The notes under the pieces are model-generated. The model was not told the origin of the DNA. It was given only the letters and a program-made list of their open reading frames with translations, and searched no databases. Positions 1 through 8,879 of a DNA stretch of 64,000 nt are shown piece by piece. The stretch is from an uncultured Spirochaetota bacterium. GTDB lineage: Bacteria; Spirochaetota; Spirochaetia; SZUA-6; Fen-1364. Positions within the stretch are counted from its first letter, which is position 1, and the number at the start of each line of letters is the position of its first letter. The DNA lies in assembly GCA_963781885.1 (NCBI GenBank), contig CAWAHW010000002.1:1312001-1376000 (forward strand), read 5' to 3'. The position numbers and the translations under genes are program-made.

Positions 1-182
1 AGCTTCTTCGGGCTGAAGAGCGCGGCGAGCCTGTCCAGCCTTTCGTCCGGGACCTTCACGTCGGAGACATTCCCCTGACGCTTGCCGCCCGTGCTGTCTC
101 CCGTGCCCGCCGATTGCCCGGTGAGGGCGTTGAAGATCGTGGTCGCCCCCGCGCGGGCGAGCCCGATGATGACGGTTTCCAT
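1..182 (-). CDS. ychF: YchF/OLA1-like P-loop NTPase, N-terminal part (runs off the window start)
   Basis: Manual translation METVIIGLARAGATTIFNALTG...VKVPDERLDRLAALFSPKK matches the YchF N-terminus (IIGLxxxGKxTxFNALT; VPDERLDxL). AAGGAG RBS upstream. Walker A Lys is replaced by Ala. Confidence 0.8.
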   Translation of the reverse strand, partial: METVIIGLARAGATTIFNALTGQSAGTGDSTGGKRQGNVSDVKVPDERLDRLAALFSPKK

Positions 183-212
183 TCACACTCCTTGCATGCA
201 GAGCTGCACGGC

Positions 213-241
213 AGTATAAACGTCGTCATGACGCCTGGCAA
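213..241 (-). promoter_or_regulatory. sigma70-type promoter for the ychF-like gene
   Basis: TTGCCA-N17-TATACT on the minus strand. Confidence 0.6.
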
Positions 242-283
242 TCGCGCGTCCCGACGGGACCAGTGCGGGCGCCGTACGCACGA

Positions 284-604
284 ATGAAATCGAAGGCCGC
301 GAGATTCTTCTGCGAGACCTGCGGCACGGAAGTGTCCGCGGGGGCAAAATCATGCCCCGGATGCGGAAAGACGTTCACCGCGGTGCGGTGTCCGCGATGC
401 GGCTTCGAGGGATCGGTGGTCGACTTCAGATCCGGCTGCCCGTCATGCGGCTACATGGAGCCTTCCGTGCCCACGGCAGCGCCCGCCGCGGGGGAACCGA
501 GCAGAAGAAAACCGGGCTTGCCGAAACGGTACTACCGGATTGCCCTGATCGGGCTCGCCGTTGTTGCCCTGGGGCTTCTTGCCATTCTCCTCTTCGCGAC
601 CTGA
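284..604 (+). CDS. Double zinc-ribbon protein with C-terminal membrane anchor
   Basis: Four CxxC pairs (CETC, CPGC, CPRC, CPSC) and a hydrophobic C-terminus. Confidence 0.7.
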   Translation: MKSKAARFFCETCGTEVSAGAKSCPGCGKTFTAVRCPRCGFEGSVVDFRSGCPSCGYMEPSVPTAAPAAGEPSRRKPGLPKRYYRIALIGLAVVALGLLAILLFAT

Positions 605-612
605 TGCTCTCC

Positions 613-2298
613 CTAGTACAGGTATCCCAGTCCGCCGCCTCCCATGAGATAGAAGCTCGCCGGGTTGTCGGCTTCTCCTGCGAGAATGGCCGAAAGAACG
701 AGGCGCGTGCCCGGTATGATCCAGTGTATCTCGCCCCCAACCTCGAAGGGCACGGGTGAGGCAAGCAGCGACACGCCGTTTGGCAGCGGCTCGGTTTTCG
801 TGCTTGCCGATATTCCCGCGGTGATCGAGCCTGTCTCCAGCATGATCCCGGCGCGCAGGTACAGCCATGCCATGAGCAGCTCCTGCGGCGTTCCATCGGC
901 GTTCAGGAGATACGGGTACCAGAGCGACCCCGTGGCTCCAACCGCGAGCAGAAAGCCTATCGGCCCAAGGCTGAGCTGGAACGGGAGCTCCACGCTGACA
1001 CCGGTGAAATTGGCGAACGTATCCGTCATGAGAGGCTGCACCGAACCGCCCGTGGGCAGGAGCTGCGCGGCGAGCTTCACCTGGACTGCGCTGCTGGTGC
1101 CGTAGGCTCCGTGCGGCGAGAGGAGATTCCATCGCGCGGCAATGCTTGCCATGAAGGGTGTGCTCGCTGACGTTGCAATAGCCCCGAGGGAGGTGTCGAC
1201 CTCCAGCCCTCGTGCCAGGCCGTATCGCGCGCCGATCTGCACCGGCGCCTGGTACCCGGAGAAATCGGGAGCCGTGATGCCCGCGGCGAATACGGAGAGC
1301 TGGAAATCACCGGGGGGCAGCACCTCGGGCACGGGGGCGTAGAGCAGGCCGGAGCTGCCGCTCCAGAGGCTGCGGGCGGCAACCTTCAGGGTGCGGTCGA
1401 CCTTCACTGAAATCTCGCTCGTTTCCTCGGTGTCGCTCTGCGCGCCGCGAGCCAGGAGGCTCACGGTGTACGTGCCGTCGGGAAGGGGATTATTGGCCGT
1501 GTCGTGGGCATTCCAGGTAAAGCGCTGGTTCCAGGTCGTGAATGCGGGCAGGGTGATGGCGTAGATTGTCGCCCCCGATGCATCGCGCACGCGCAGCTCA
1601 CCGGTGCCCGGTGCCGTGACTGAAATGACGCCTTCGAAATCGCCCAGGAGTCCGGGGCTCTCAGGGTTGATCGACGTCCGGGGTATTGTGAATGACGTGA
1701 TGGCGAATGCCGCCGGGTCGAGCGTGACGGATACCTTGCTGACGGCCTTCTCCTCGATCTTGACGGATTCGCGATGCTCGGTGTATCCGAAGAGGCTGAC
1801 GCGCACGTCGTACGTCCCCACCGGGAGCTCGATCAGACCGCCGGTGATGAGCTGGCCGTTCACCGTGACGGCGCTCTCTTGCGGTGTCGCCGACACCTGC
1901 AGGAATCCCGTGATCTGCTGCAGGGAGGTCTGGTAGACCATGGTGAGCCCCTGGAAATTGACCCATGTGGAAAGCTCGTAATAACCCTGCTTGCGGAGGG
2001 TGACCTTGTGCCAGCCCTGGCCCAGGTCAACGGCGGTATAGGGGGAAAGCCCCATGAAGGTGTCGTCGATCCATACCTCGGCCAAATCAGGATCCGTGAC
2101 GACTTGCAGGCCTTTCGTTTCCGTGGGCGGCGTCTGGGACTGCGGCACAAAGGGCTTCCCGGGCGCCGGAGTCGCTTTCTCCGCCTGCAGAACAGTCCCG
2201 AGCGTCGAGCCCTTCGACGTTGCGCACGAGGCCAACAAGCCTGCGGCGAGACAGCAAAGCGCGATGCACGCCAGGACGCCCGGAGATCTGCCTGTCAT
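613..2298 (-). CDS. PEGA-domain lipoprotein with an FlgD-Ig-like domain and a putative C-terminal beta-barrel
   Basis: Lipobox LLASC; PEGA-like LQVVTDPDLAEVWIDDTFMGLSP; FlgD-Ig-like WNAHDTANNPLPDGTYTV; amphipathic beta-rich C-terminus ending GLGYLY. Start placed at MTGRS using the promoter. Confidence 0.7.
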   Translation of the reverse strand: MTGRSPGVLACIALCCLAAGLLASCATSKGSTLGTVLQAEKATPAPGKPFVPQSQTPPTETKGLQVVTDPDLAEVWIDDTFMGLSPYTAVDLGQGWHKVTLRKQGYYELSTWVNFQGLTMVYQTSLQQITGFLQVSATPQESAVTVNGQLITGGLIELPVGTYDVRVSLFGYTEHRESVKIEEKAVSKVSVTLDPAAFAITSFTIPRTSINPESPGLLGDFEGVISVTAPGTGELRVRDASGATIYAITLPAFTTWNQRFTWNAHDTANNPLPDGTYTVSLLARGAQSDTEETSEISVKVDRTLKVAARSLWSGSSGLLYAPVPEVLPPGDFQLSVFAAGITAPDFSGYQAPVQIGARYGLARGLEVDTSLGAIATSASTPFMASIAARWNLLSPHGAYGTSSAVQVKLAAQLLPTGGSVQPLMTDTFANFTGVSVELPFQLSLGPIGFLLAVGATGSLWYPYLLNADGTPQELLMAWLYLRAGIMLETGSITAGISASTKTEPLPNGVSLLASPVPFEVGGEIHWIIPGTRLVLSAILAGEADNPASFYLMGGGGLGYLY

Positions 2299-2305
2299 GC
2301 ATGAG

Positions 2306-2334
2306 ATAGTAGCCCGCGTAATGTGCCAGTTCAA
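2306..2334 (-). promoter_or_regulatory. sigma70-type promoter, leaderless geometry
   Basis: TTGAAC-N17-TACTAT-N7-ATG(2298). Confidence 0.6.
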
Positions 2335-2335
2335 G

Positions 2336-2565
2336 GCAGCCACCGTAATCGGTGGCATTCGCAGCCACCGTAATCGGTGGCATTCGCAGCCACTGTAATC
2401 GGTGGCATTCGCAGCCACTGTAATCGGTGGCATTCGCGGCCACCGTAATCGGTGGCATTCGCAGCCACTGTAATCGGTGGCATTCGCAGCCACTGTAATC
2501 GGTGGCATTTGCGGCAGCCACGGCCACCGTACCGTGGCATTCGCAGCCACTGTATTCAGTGGCAT
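2336..2565. repeat. Tandem array of a 25-bp palindromic unit (7 regular copies plus 2 variant copies)
   Basis: GCAGCCACYGTAATCGGTGGCATTC starting at 2336, 2361, 2386, 2411, 2436, 2461, 2486; variants at about 2514-2542 and 2543-2565; core GCCACCG-TAAT-CGGTGGC. Confidence 0.95.
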
Positions 2566-2628
2566 GAAGGCGGCCATACAGTGCCGACGGCCTTGGAACG
2601 ATCGCGATTTCGGCCGATATTCGAAGCA

Positions 2629-3213
2629 ATGGATCATCATGCCGCATGCTATGGCCTGAATCTCCGCATCGGGCGCCTGTGGCTGGCGCTGATGCTTTGC
2701 GTTGTCTCCATCGCCCCGGCCGCTGCCCAGGCTGCAGCTCCGATTCCACAGTCTCTTCCGCTCGGGTTTCGCACCGTCATGCTCGGCATGGGTCTGGACC
2801 AGGTAAAGGCCGCGCTGAAAGCGGATCCCCTGTTCCGTTACCGCGGCGATCCTGACGTGAGCTTTCTTCCGCAGACAAGCCAGTATTTGATCGAGTGCGA
2901 AGGCAACTCTTATCTCCGCCGCGCATATTTCCAGTTTGCCGACAGCAGGCTCTTCATCATGATCCTCGTCCTGGATACCCAGAAGCTCGACCATTTCTCC
3001 GTCTGGAGCGCTCTCAGCGCAAAGTACGGACCGCCGACGACGCTCAGCCCGGAAGAAAGCGTCTGGCAGTCGGATCCCGTTCGGCTTTCCCTGGAAAGGC
3101 CGCTCACGGTCAAGTACATCGACAACAAGACCTTCGCGGCGCTCCTTTCAAAGGGTGGCGCGCAGAAGGACCTCGAGCAGCTCTCCCAGGAGAAATTCCT
3201 TGAGCAGTTCTGA
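2629..3213 (+). CDS. Secreted hypothetical protein
   Basis: Signal-peptide-like WLALMLCVVSIAPAAAQA followed by a globular domain; start uncertain (2629 or later). Confidence 0.65.
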   Translation: MDHHAACYGLNLRIGRLWLALMLCVVSIAPAAAQAAAPIPQSLPLGFRTVMLGMGLDQVKAALKADPLFRYRGDPDVSFLPQTSQYLIECEGNSYLRRAYFQFADSRLFIMILVLDTQKLDHFSVWSALSAKYGPPTTLSPEESVWQSDPVRLSLERPLTVKYIDNKTFAALLSKGGAQKDLEQLSQEKFLEQF

Positions 3214-4390
3214 GCGCATCCCGTCCGGCATCACCCTGAAGCAGAGCAGGGATGCGCCCGTGCGCCGGCGATTCCACCTCTGGATCTACAGCCAGGCCAT
3301 TGCGGAAGCCTCCGAAGGGGCCTCCCCGTCCGAGCTGCTCCCGGTCCGGGCTGCCGATGGCGCCGTGATCGGCTGGGGCCTCTATTCACCGGACAGCCTG
3401 ATCGCGGTGCGCATGGTGTCTTTTTCTCCTGAAAGACCGGCGGCGGACTGGATCGGACGGCGCATCCGCGGCGCGCTCTCTTTGCGCCAGCGGCTTGCGC
3501 TGGACAGCGATGCATTCAGGCTCGTGAACGCGGAGGGGGATTTCCTTCCGGGATGTGTCATCGACGTCTATGGCGACACGGTCGTCATCTCCCCGCACGT
3601 GCGGGGCATCGAGGCATCGATGGATGACATCGCTTCCTGCCTCGGCGCGCTTTTTCCTGAGGCGCGCATCTACCTGAAACGCGACGAGCATTTTGCCCGG
3701 GTTGAGCACCTTGCTCTGCCCGCGGGATACCTGAGCGGCACGGGAGACGGCACGGCGACCATCCGGGAGGGCGGAGTCCGCATCATAGTCGATTTTGCGC
3801 GCGGACAGAAGACCGGCTACTACCTCGATCAGCGCGCCAACAGGACCCAGATCGCAGGCATGTGCAAGGGAAAGACGCTGCTCAACCTCTTCTCTTATAC
3901 CGGTGCCGTTGCGCTTCGGGCGGCGGCCGCCGGGGTGACGAGGGCGACTTCCGTCGACAGCTCGCGCGCGGCCCTGGACCTTGCCGCAGCGAGTGCGGGG
4001 TTGAACGCCGCCTTTTCCGCCGATGCGCTTTCATGGGTGCAGGCGGACGTGTTTTCGTACCTTGAGGAGCCGGGGACCTGGGACGTGGTGGTGGCCGATC
4101 CCCCCCCATTCGCCCGACGGCGCGTCGAGCTCGATGGCGCGCTGAAAGGGTATCTCAGCCTTTTCCAGCAATGCCTGCGCATCCTGAACCCGGGCGGAGT
4201 TGCCTTTCTCTTCTCCTGCTCCGGCGCGGTGGACCGGCCGACATTCCACCAGGTGGTCGCCGAAGCGGCGCGCCGGTCAGGCCGCGCCGTGCGTCTCCTG
4301 CGCGAGCTGCACGCGGACGCCGACCATCCCGTTGCGGCGACGCATCCTGAAGGAGAATACCTGAAAGGCTGGATGGTCCATGCGGAATAG
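3200..4390 (+). CDS. rlmI: RlmI-family 23S rRNA m5C methyltransferase
   Basis: HLWIYS, RLVNAEGDFLPG, GQKTGYYLDQR, LNLFSYTG, DPPPF, FSCS, HPEGEYLK motifs; TTG start after AGGAG. Confidence 0.85.
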   Translation: MSSSERIPSGITLKQSRDAPVRRRFHLWIYSQAIAEASEGASPSELLPVRAADGAVIGWGLYSPDSLIAVRMVSFSPERPAADWIGRRIRGALSLRQRLALDSDAFRLVNAEGDFLPGCVIDVYGDTVVISPHVRGIEASMDDIASCLGALFPEARIYLKRDEHFARVEHLALPAGYLSGTGDGTATIREGGVRIIVDFARGQKTGYYLDQRANRTQIAGMCKGKTLLNLFSYTGAVALRAAAAGVTRATSVDSSRAALDLAAASAGLNAAFSADALSWVQADVFSYLEEPGTWDVVVADPPPFARRRVELDGALKGYLSLFQQCLRILNPGGVAFLFSCSGAVDRPTFHQVVAEAARRSGRAVRLLRELHADADHPVAATHPEGEYLKGWMVHAE

Positions 4391-4847
4391 AATGCGTCTT
4401 GGGAAATCGCTGCTGAGGGATGCCATTGCGGCCGTCGGAGCGCTGCTTATGGTCGCGGCTCTTGCCGGCTGTCAGCAAAAGGCGCCGCGCATTACGCTCG
4501 CCGTGTCAGGCCAGCAGCTCAGCGTCGAAGTCGCCCGCACGGACGCGGAGCGCGCGCACGGCCTGATGGGCAGGAGGGACCTGGGGCCGCGCGACGCCAT
4601 GATTTTCGTCTTCGATCGCGACGACCACCTCACGTTCTGGATGAAGGATACCCCGACGCCGCTTTCCATCGCATTCGTGTCGTCAGAGGGGAAAATTCTT
4701 GAGATCACCGATATGGAGCCGTTCTCCGAAAAGATCGTCCGCTCGCGGCTTTCCGTCCGTTATGCCCTTGAAATGCGCCAGGGCGCGTTCAGCGATCTCT
4801 CCATCCGGGAAGGGGACATCATCACTTTCCCCGCCGGCTTTCCCTGA
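4380..4847 (+). CDS. DUF192 family lipoprotein
   Basis: Lipobox LAGC; VEVARTDAERAHGLMGR, FWMKDTPTPLSIAF, YALEM. Confidence 0.85.
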   Translation: MRNRMRLGKSLLRDAIAAVGALLMVAALAGCQQKAPRITLAVSGQQLSVEVARTDAERAHGLMGRRDLGPRDAMIFVFDRDDHLTFWMKDTPTPLSIAFVSSEGKILEITDMEPFSEKIVRSRLSVRYALEMRQGAFSDLSIREGDIITFPAGFP

Positions 4848-4856
4848 TCGAGCGCC

Positions 4857-5139
4857 CTAGCTCTCCTCGTCCTCGGCAAGCTCGGGGAAAAGCTCCATTG
4901 CCCGGCTCCTCTTCCTCGCCCGCGCCCGGTTCGCGCGTGAGGATTTCGACTCGCCGCTCCACGCGTGAGAGGTCCTTCTCCAGCGATTTGGAAAGCTTCA
5001 TGCCTTCCTCAAAAAGCGCAAGGGCCTCGTCCAGGGGCATGCTTCCTTCCCGAAGCTTGTCTGCGAGCTCCTCCAGCCGCTCCAGCCTCTTCTCGAAAGC
5101 GGGCGCCGCCTTTCGTCCCTCATGACCCTTCGCTGGCAT
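4857..5139 (-). CDS. xseB: Exodeoxyribonuclease VII small subunit (apparent +1 frameshift near the 3' end at 4901-4903)
   Basis: FEKRLERLEELADKL...LDEALALFEEGMKL; removing one base gives the acidic tail EPAMELFPELAEDEES* and removes the overlap with the DUF192 gene. Confidence 0.85.
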
Positions 5140-6342
5140 GCGTCACCTCCACGGTCGCGCGCAGGCCGCCCTGCGCGAGCCTGATCGCCACGGCGTCGCC
5201 CCGCCGGACGTGCTCACTCGAGACCAGAATCCTGCCCGATGCCTCATGGGTCACAACGGCATAGCCGCGCTGCAGAACGGAAAGGGGCGAGCAGGAGGCA
5301 AGCGCGCTGGAGGCAAGCTCAGAGCGGTGGAGCGTGTCCGTGAGCAAGCGTCTCATGCCGTTCACGAGCTCTTCCGAGGCATAGTCAGTGCGCTGCGACA
5401 GCGGCTGGATGAACGTGCGCACGGTGCGCTCGAGATTGCCCGCGGCGAACTGCCCCAGGAGCATCCGGACCTTTTCCAAGCGGCCGTGAACGGCGCTTTC
5501 AAGCGCGCCGCGCAGGGCGCTGACCCGGCCGCGCAGCTCCGTCTGTGAGGCGCTCACGAGCTCCGCGGCGGCGGAGGGCGTCGGGGCACGGAGATCGGCG
5601 GCGAGATCGGAGAGCGTGACGTCTGTCTCGTGACCGACCGCTGAAACGATCGGCGTCTCCGCCGCCGCGATGGCGCGCACGACCGCCTCCGACGAAAACG
5701 GCAGCAGGTCCTCCAACGAGCCTCCGCCGCGTCCGACGATGATCACGTCCCCCAGGTGGCAGCGATCGGCGATCGCGATGGCGCGCGCGATGCGCTCTGC
5801 GGCCTCATCCCCCTGGACCGGGGTCGGAACGATGACGACGTCCATGCCCGCGTTGCGCCGGCGGAGGATGCGAAGGATATCGCGGATGGCGGCACCCGTG
5901 GGGGAGGTGACCACGGCGATTCGCGACGGGTAGAGGGGCAGGGGTTTCTTTCTCGTCAGGTCGAAAAGGCCTTCCGCGGCGAGTGCGCGCTTGCGGGCCT
6001 CCAGCGTCGCAAGGAGGTCGCCTTCGCCGGCCCGGGCAATGTCTCGCAGATGAGCTGGTAGCTTCCCCTTTTTGCGTAGACCGATATCGTCCCCGATGCC
6101 TTGGCGAGCATTCCATCGGCCGGCGTGAAACGCACGGCATCCAGCCTGCCGCGGAACATCACGACCGAGATCATCGCATCCACGTCCTTGAGGCTGAAGT
6201 ACCAGTGCCCGGCGCTCGATGGGCGGAAATTGGATATTTCGCCCTGGATTGTCACCCAGGGGAAACCCTCTTCCAGGGAGGATTTGATGAGCTGCGTGAT
6301 CTCGGTGACGGAAAAGACATGCTCCGCGGTGCGCTCGGGCAT
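5120..6342 (-). CDS. xseA: Exodeoxyribonuclease VII large subunit (frameshift near 6035)
   Basis: N-half: QGEISNFRPSSAGHWYFSLKD. C-half: VVTSPTGAAIRD, GRGGGSLEDL, SAVGHETD, RAPTPSAAAE. The halves lie in two frames. Confidence 0.9.
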
Positions 6343-6349
6343 GGCTGGC

Positions 6350-6378
6350 ATCGTACACGCCGGTCGCGTGAATGGCAA
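6350..6378 (-). promoter_or_regulatory. sigma70-type promoter of xseA, leaderless geometry
   Basis: TTGCCA-N17-TACGAT-N7-ATG(6342). Confidence 0.6.
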
Positions 6379-6453
6379 TCAGGACGAACGGCGCCGCCCC
6401 GCGGGCCCTTTCTTGAACTTCGAGCGATTCTGTCGATATTATCAGCGAAGGCA

Positions 6454-7944
6454 ATGAAAAACTCGGCCGTCATCAACGGGATCGGTCTCAAGGCGCCTGC
6501 ATTCCGGCCACTCGTCGATGGCGGCTCGGCGTTCGCGCGCTCGCTGGCCTATGCCCGGGCCCTGCCCGAGGTCGCGGAGCCCGTCGTGCTGCTCTCCCAT
6601 GCGACGGAAATGCCGTCCGGCGTGCGCGCGGTCGTGCGCGACGCATGGACGGAAGCCGACGTGATCGCCGCACTCGCCGCGGAGACGGAGGGTTGCGATT
6701 CGGCCTTCTACTTTCATGCCGACTGCCCCTTTCTCGACCTCCCGCTTTCCCTCAAGATGTATGAAAACCATCGCCGCTACTGGGCGGACTACACCTTCGC
6801 CGATGGTTACCCGTACGGCGTCACCCCCGAGATACTGACACGGGAAGCGGTCCAGCGGCTGCGCGGTCTCCTCGGGGAAGGTGCCGCAATTCCCCGGCGC
6901 GACCTGATATTCGCCATCGTCCGCAAGGACATCAACTCCTTCGACATCGAGACGGAGATTTCACCCGTGGACATGCGGCTGATGCGGCTTTCCCTGACCG
7001 CCGACACGGAGAGGAATTTCCTTCTTCTCTCACGCGTCGTCGCGGCCGGCGGACGGGAGGCGCTCGGCGCGTGCGCCATCCTTCGCCAACGGCAGGATAT
7101 CCAGCGGACCTTGCCGGCATTTTACCCCGTCCAGATCGTCGCGCAGTGCCCCTACGCATGCACGTACTGTCCTTACCCGGTTTTCGCCGGCGATGTGACG
7201 AACAAGAAGGGTTCCATGCCCGTCGACACGTTCCACGCCCTGGTGAAAAAGATCGCCGCATTCAGCGGTGACGCCGTCATCGACGTGTCTCTCTGGGGCG
7301 ATCCCGGGCTGCACCCGCAGATCGTGGAGATCGCGGAGGCCGCGCTCTCCGAGCCGGGCATCGAGCTCATGATCGAGACGTCCGGCGTGGGCTGGCAGCC
7401 GGGCACGTTCGAAAGGATGCAGGCGGGGCTCCGGCGGCCGCCGACGTGGATCGTCTCCCTGGATGCGGCGACGGAATCGATCTACCGCGCCCTGCGCGGA
7501 CCCGGCTTTGCCGAAGCGCAGAAAAGCGCCGAGCGGCTCCTTGCCCTTTTCCCGGGCCGCGTGCACGTCCAGGCCGTCCGCATGAAAGAGAACGAAGAGG
7601 ACCTCGAGCTTTTCTACAAGTCGTGGAAGGCACGCACGGAGAATGTCATCGTCCAGAAATACGATTCCTTCTCCCGCGCGTTGCCCGACCGGCAGGTGGC
7701 CGATCTTTCCCCGCTCGCGCGCTTTCCGTGCTGGCACCTGAAACGCGACATGCCGATCCTGCTGGACGGCACCGTGCCGCTCTGCCGCGAAGACCTTCGG
7801 ACGGAGACACGGCTGGGCAATGCCCTGACGGAGGAGCTGGCGGCAATCTGGGAAAAGGCACGGGATATCCACCGCGCGCACGTGTCGGGAGTGTATCCGG
7901 GTATTTGTGCGGGGTGCGATGAGTACTACACCTACAACTTCTGA
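6454..7944 (+). CDS. Spiro-SPASM-type protein (cytidylyltransferase-like N-domain, radical SAM domain, SPASM domain)
   Basis: N-domain ADCPFLD...YTFADGYPYGVTPE; CPYACTYC radical SAM motif; RFPCWHLKRD...PLC...CAGCDEYYTYNF. Confidence 0.85.
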   Translation: MKNSAVINGIGLKAPAFRPLVDGGSAFARSLAYARALPEVAEPVVLLSHATEMPSGVRAVVRDAWTEADVIAALAAETEGCDSAFYFHADCPFLDLPLSLKMYENHRRYWADYTFADGYPYGVTPEILTREAVQRLRGLLGEGAAIPRRDLIFAIVRKDINSFDIETEISPVDMRLMRLSLTADTERNFLLLSRVVAAGGREALGACAILRQRQDIQRTLPAFYPVQIVAQCPYACTYCPYPVFAGDVTNKKGSMPVDTFHALVKKIAAFSGDAVIDVSLWGDPGLHPQIVEIAEAALSEPGIELMIETSGVGWQPGTFERMQAGLRRPPTWIVSLDAATESIYRALRGPGFAEAQKSAERLLALFPGRVHVQAVRMKENEEDLELFYKSWKARTENVIVQKYDSFSRALPDRQVADLSPLARFPCWHLKRDMPILLDGTVPLCREDLRTETRLGNALTEELAAIWEKARDIHRAHVSGVYPGICAGCDEYYTYNF

Positions 7945-8878
7945 GACCGGCGGACGAATCCCGTACACGGTCGTCGGCGGGCCGCGCTGGGACAGGATAC
8001 GCCGCTACCCATTTCCCCTCACGATGCTCGTCCTGGGCAGGGGCGATCGTCTCTTCAAGGGAGAGCTGCTGAAGGACCTGGAGGGGCGGGGAATCGGCGA
8101 GGTCCTCTGGGTCGAAGGGGACCAGCTCGCGACGGACGTGGACTCTCTGGCGCACGATTTTCCCGACGTGCGCTTTCTGCTCGTGAAGGCTCCCAGCACC
8201 GTGGGAGAGAGGGTGAACGTCGGCATCGAGGAGTCGCGCGCGCCTCTTGTCCTCGTGCTCTGGAGCGACACGCGGCTTTCCCGGTTCCCTCCGTCATCGA
8301 TCGCCCCCTTCGAAAAATCCGGCAACCTCTGCTGGCTGCCCACGGCGCGCACGATGCGCGACGAGCTCTTGCCGTCGTGGCAGTCTCCGCAGTGGAAAAA
8401 GCGCCGGCTCGCCGTGTCCTTTCGCGTCCCGCGCAAGGACGGGGAGCGCGTGCTCTTTCCCTTTGATTACTGCGGAATTTACAACAAGGAAAAATTCGCC
8501 CAATCGGGAGGCTACGACCGCGCGATTGCCAGCTCCTACTGGCAGAAGCTGGACTTCGGTTTCCGCGCCCTGCTCTGGGGCGAGAATATATTCGGCACGA
8601 CCGGGATTTCCCTCATGTACACGGGAAGCCCGCCGGAAGAGGACACGACACCCGATGCCGGCTACAAGCTTTTCTGGCTGAAGAACCTCGCGGTGCAGCT
8701 CCGGCGTGAGGCCGGCGTGCTGCCGACGGTGAAGCTCCTGGACTACATGCTCCATTCGGACACGGGCCCGCTTGACGCGGTCAAGGAATTCCGGGCCGTG
8801 CGCGGATGGGTTCGCACGCATCGATTCCGCTTCCGCCGCGATCCCCGGCAGGCCATCGAGCGCTGGGAGGGCGTCTAG
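7919..8878 (+). CDS. Glycosyltransferase family 2-like protein
   Basis: GERVNVGIEESRAPLVLVLWSD; GIYNKEKFAQSGGYD...WQKLDFGFRA. Confidence 0.6.
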   Translation: MSTTPTTSETGGRIPYTVVGGPRWDRIRRYPFPLTMLVLGRGDRLFKGELLKDLEGRGIGEVLWVEGDQLATDVDSLAHDFPDVRFLLVKAPSTVGERVNVGIEESRAPLVLVLWSDTRLSRFPPSSIAPFEKSGNLCWLPTARTMRDELLPSWQSPQWKKRRLAVSFRVPRKDGERVLFPFDYCGIYNKEKFAQSGGYDRAIASSYWQKLDFGFRALLWGENIFGTTGISLMYTGSPPEEDTTPDAGYKLFWLKNLAVQLRREAGVLPTVKLLDYMLHSDTGPLDAVKEFRAVRGWVRTHRFRFRRDPRQAIERWEGV

Positions 8879-8879
8879 A

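Noticed and set aside
2336-2565. CRISPR array
   Set aside because: The repeats are head-to-tail with no unique spacers, and there are no cas genes in the window.
2087-2994. ORFs with repeated peptides (VAANATDY, CECHRL) as RiPP precursors or as an N-terminal extension of the PEGA protein
   Set aside because: The same peptides cycle through all three frames because the period is 25 bp. The promoter and lipobox place the real start at 2298.
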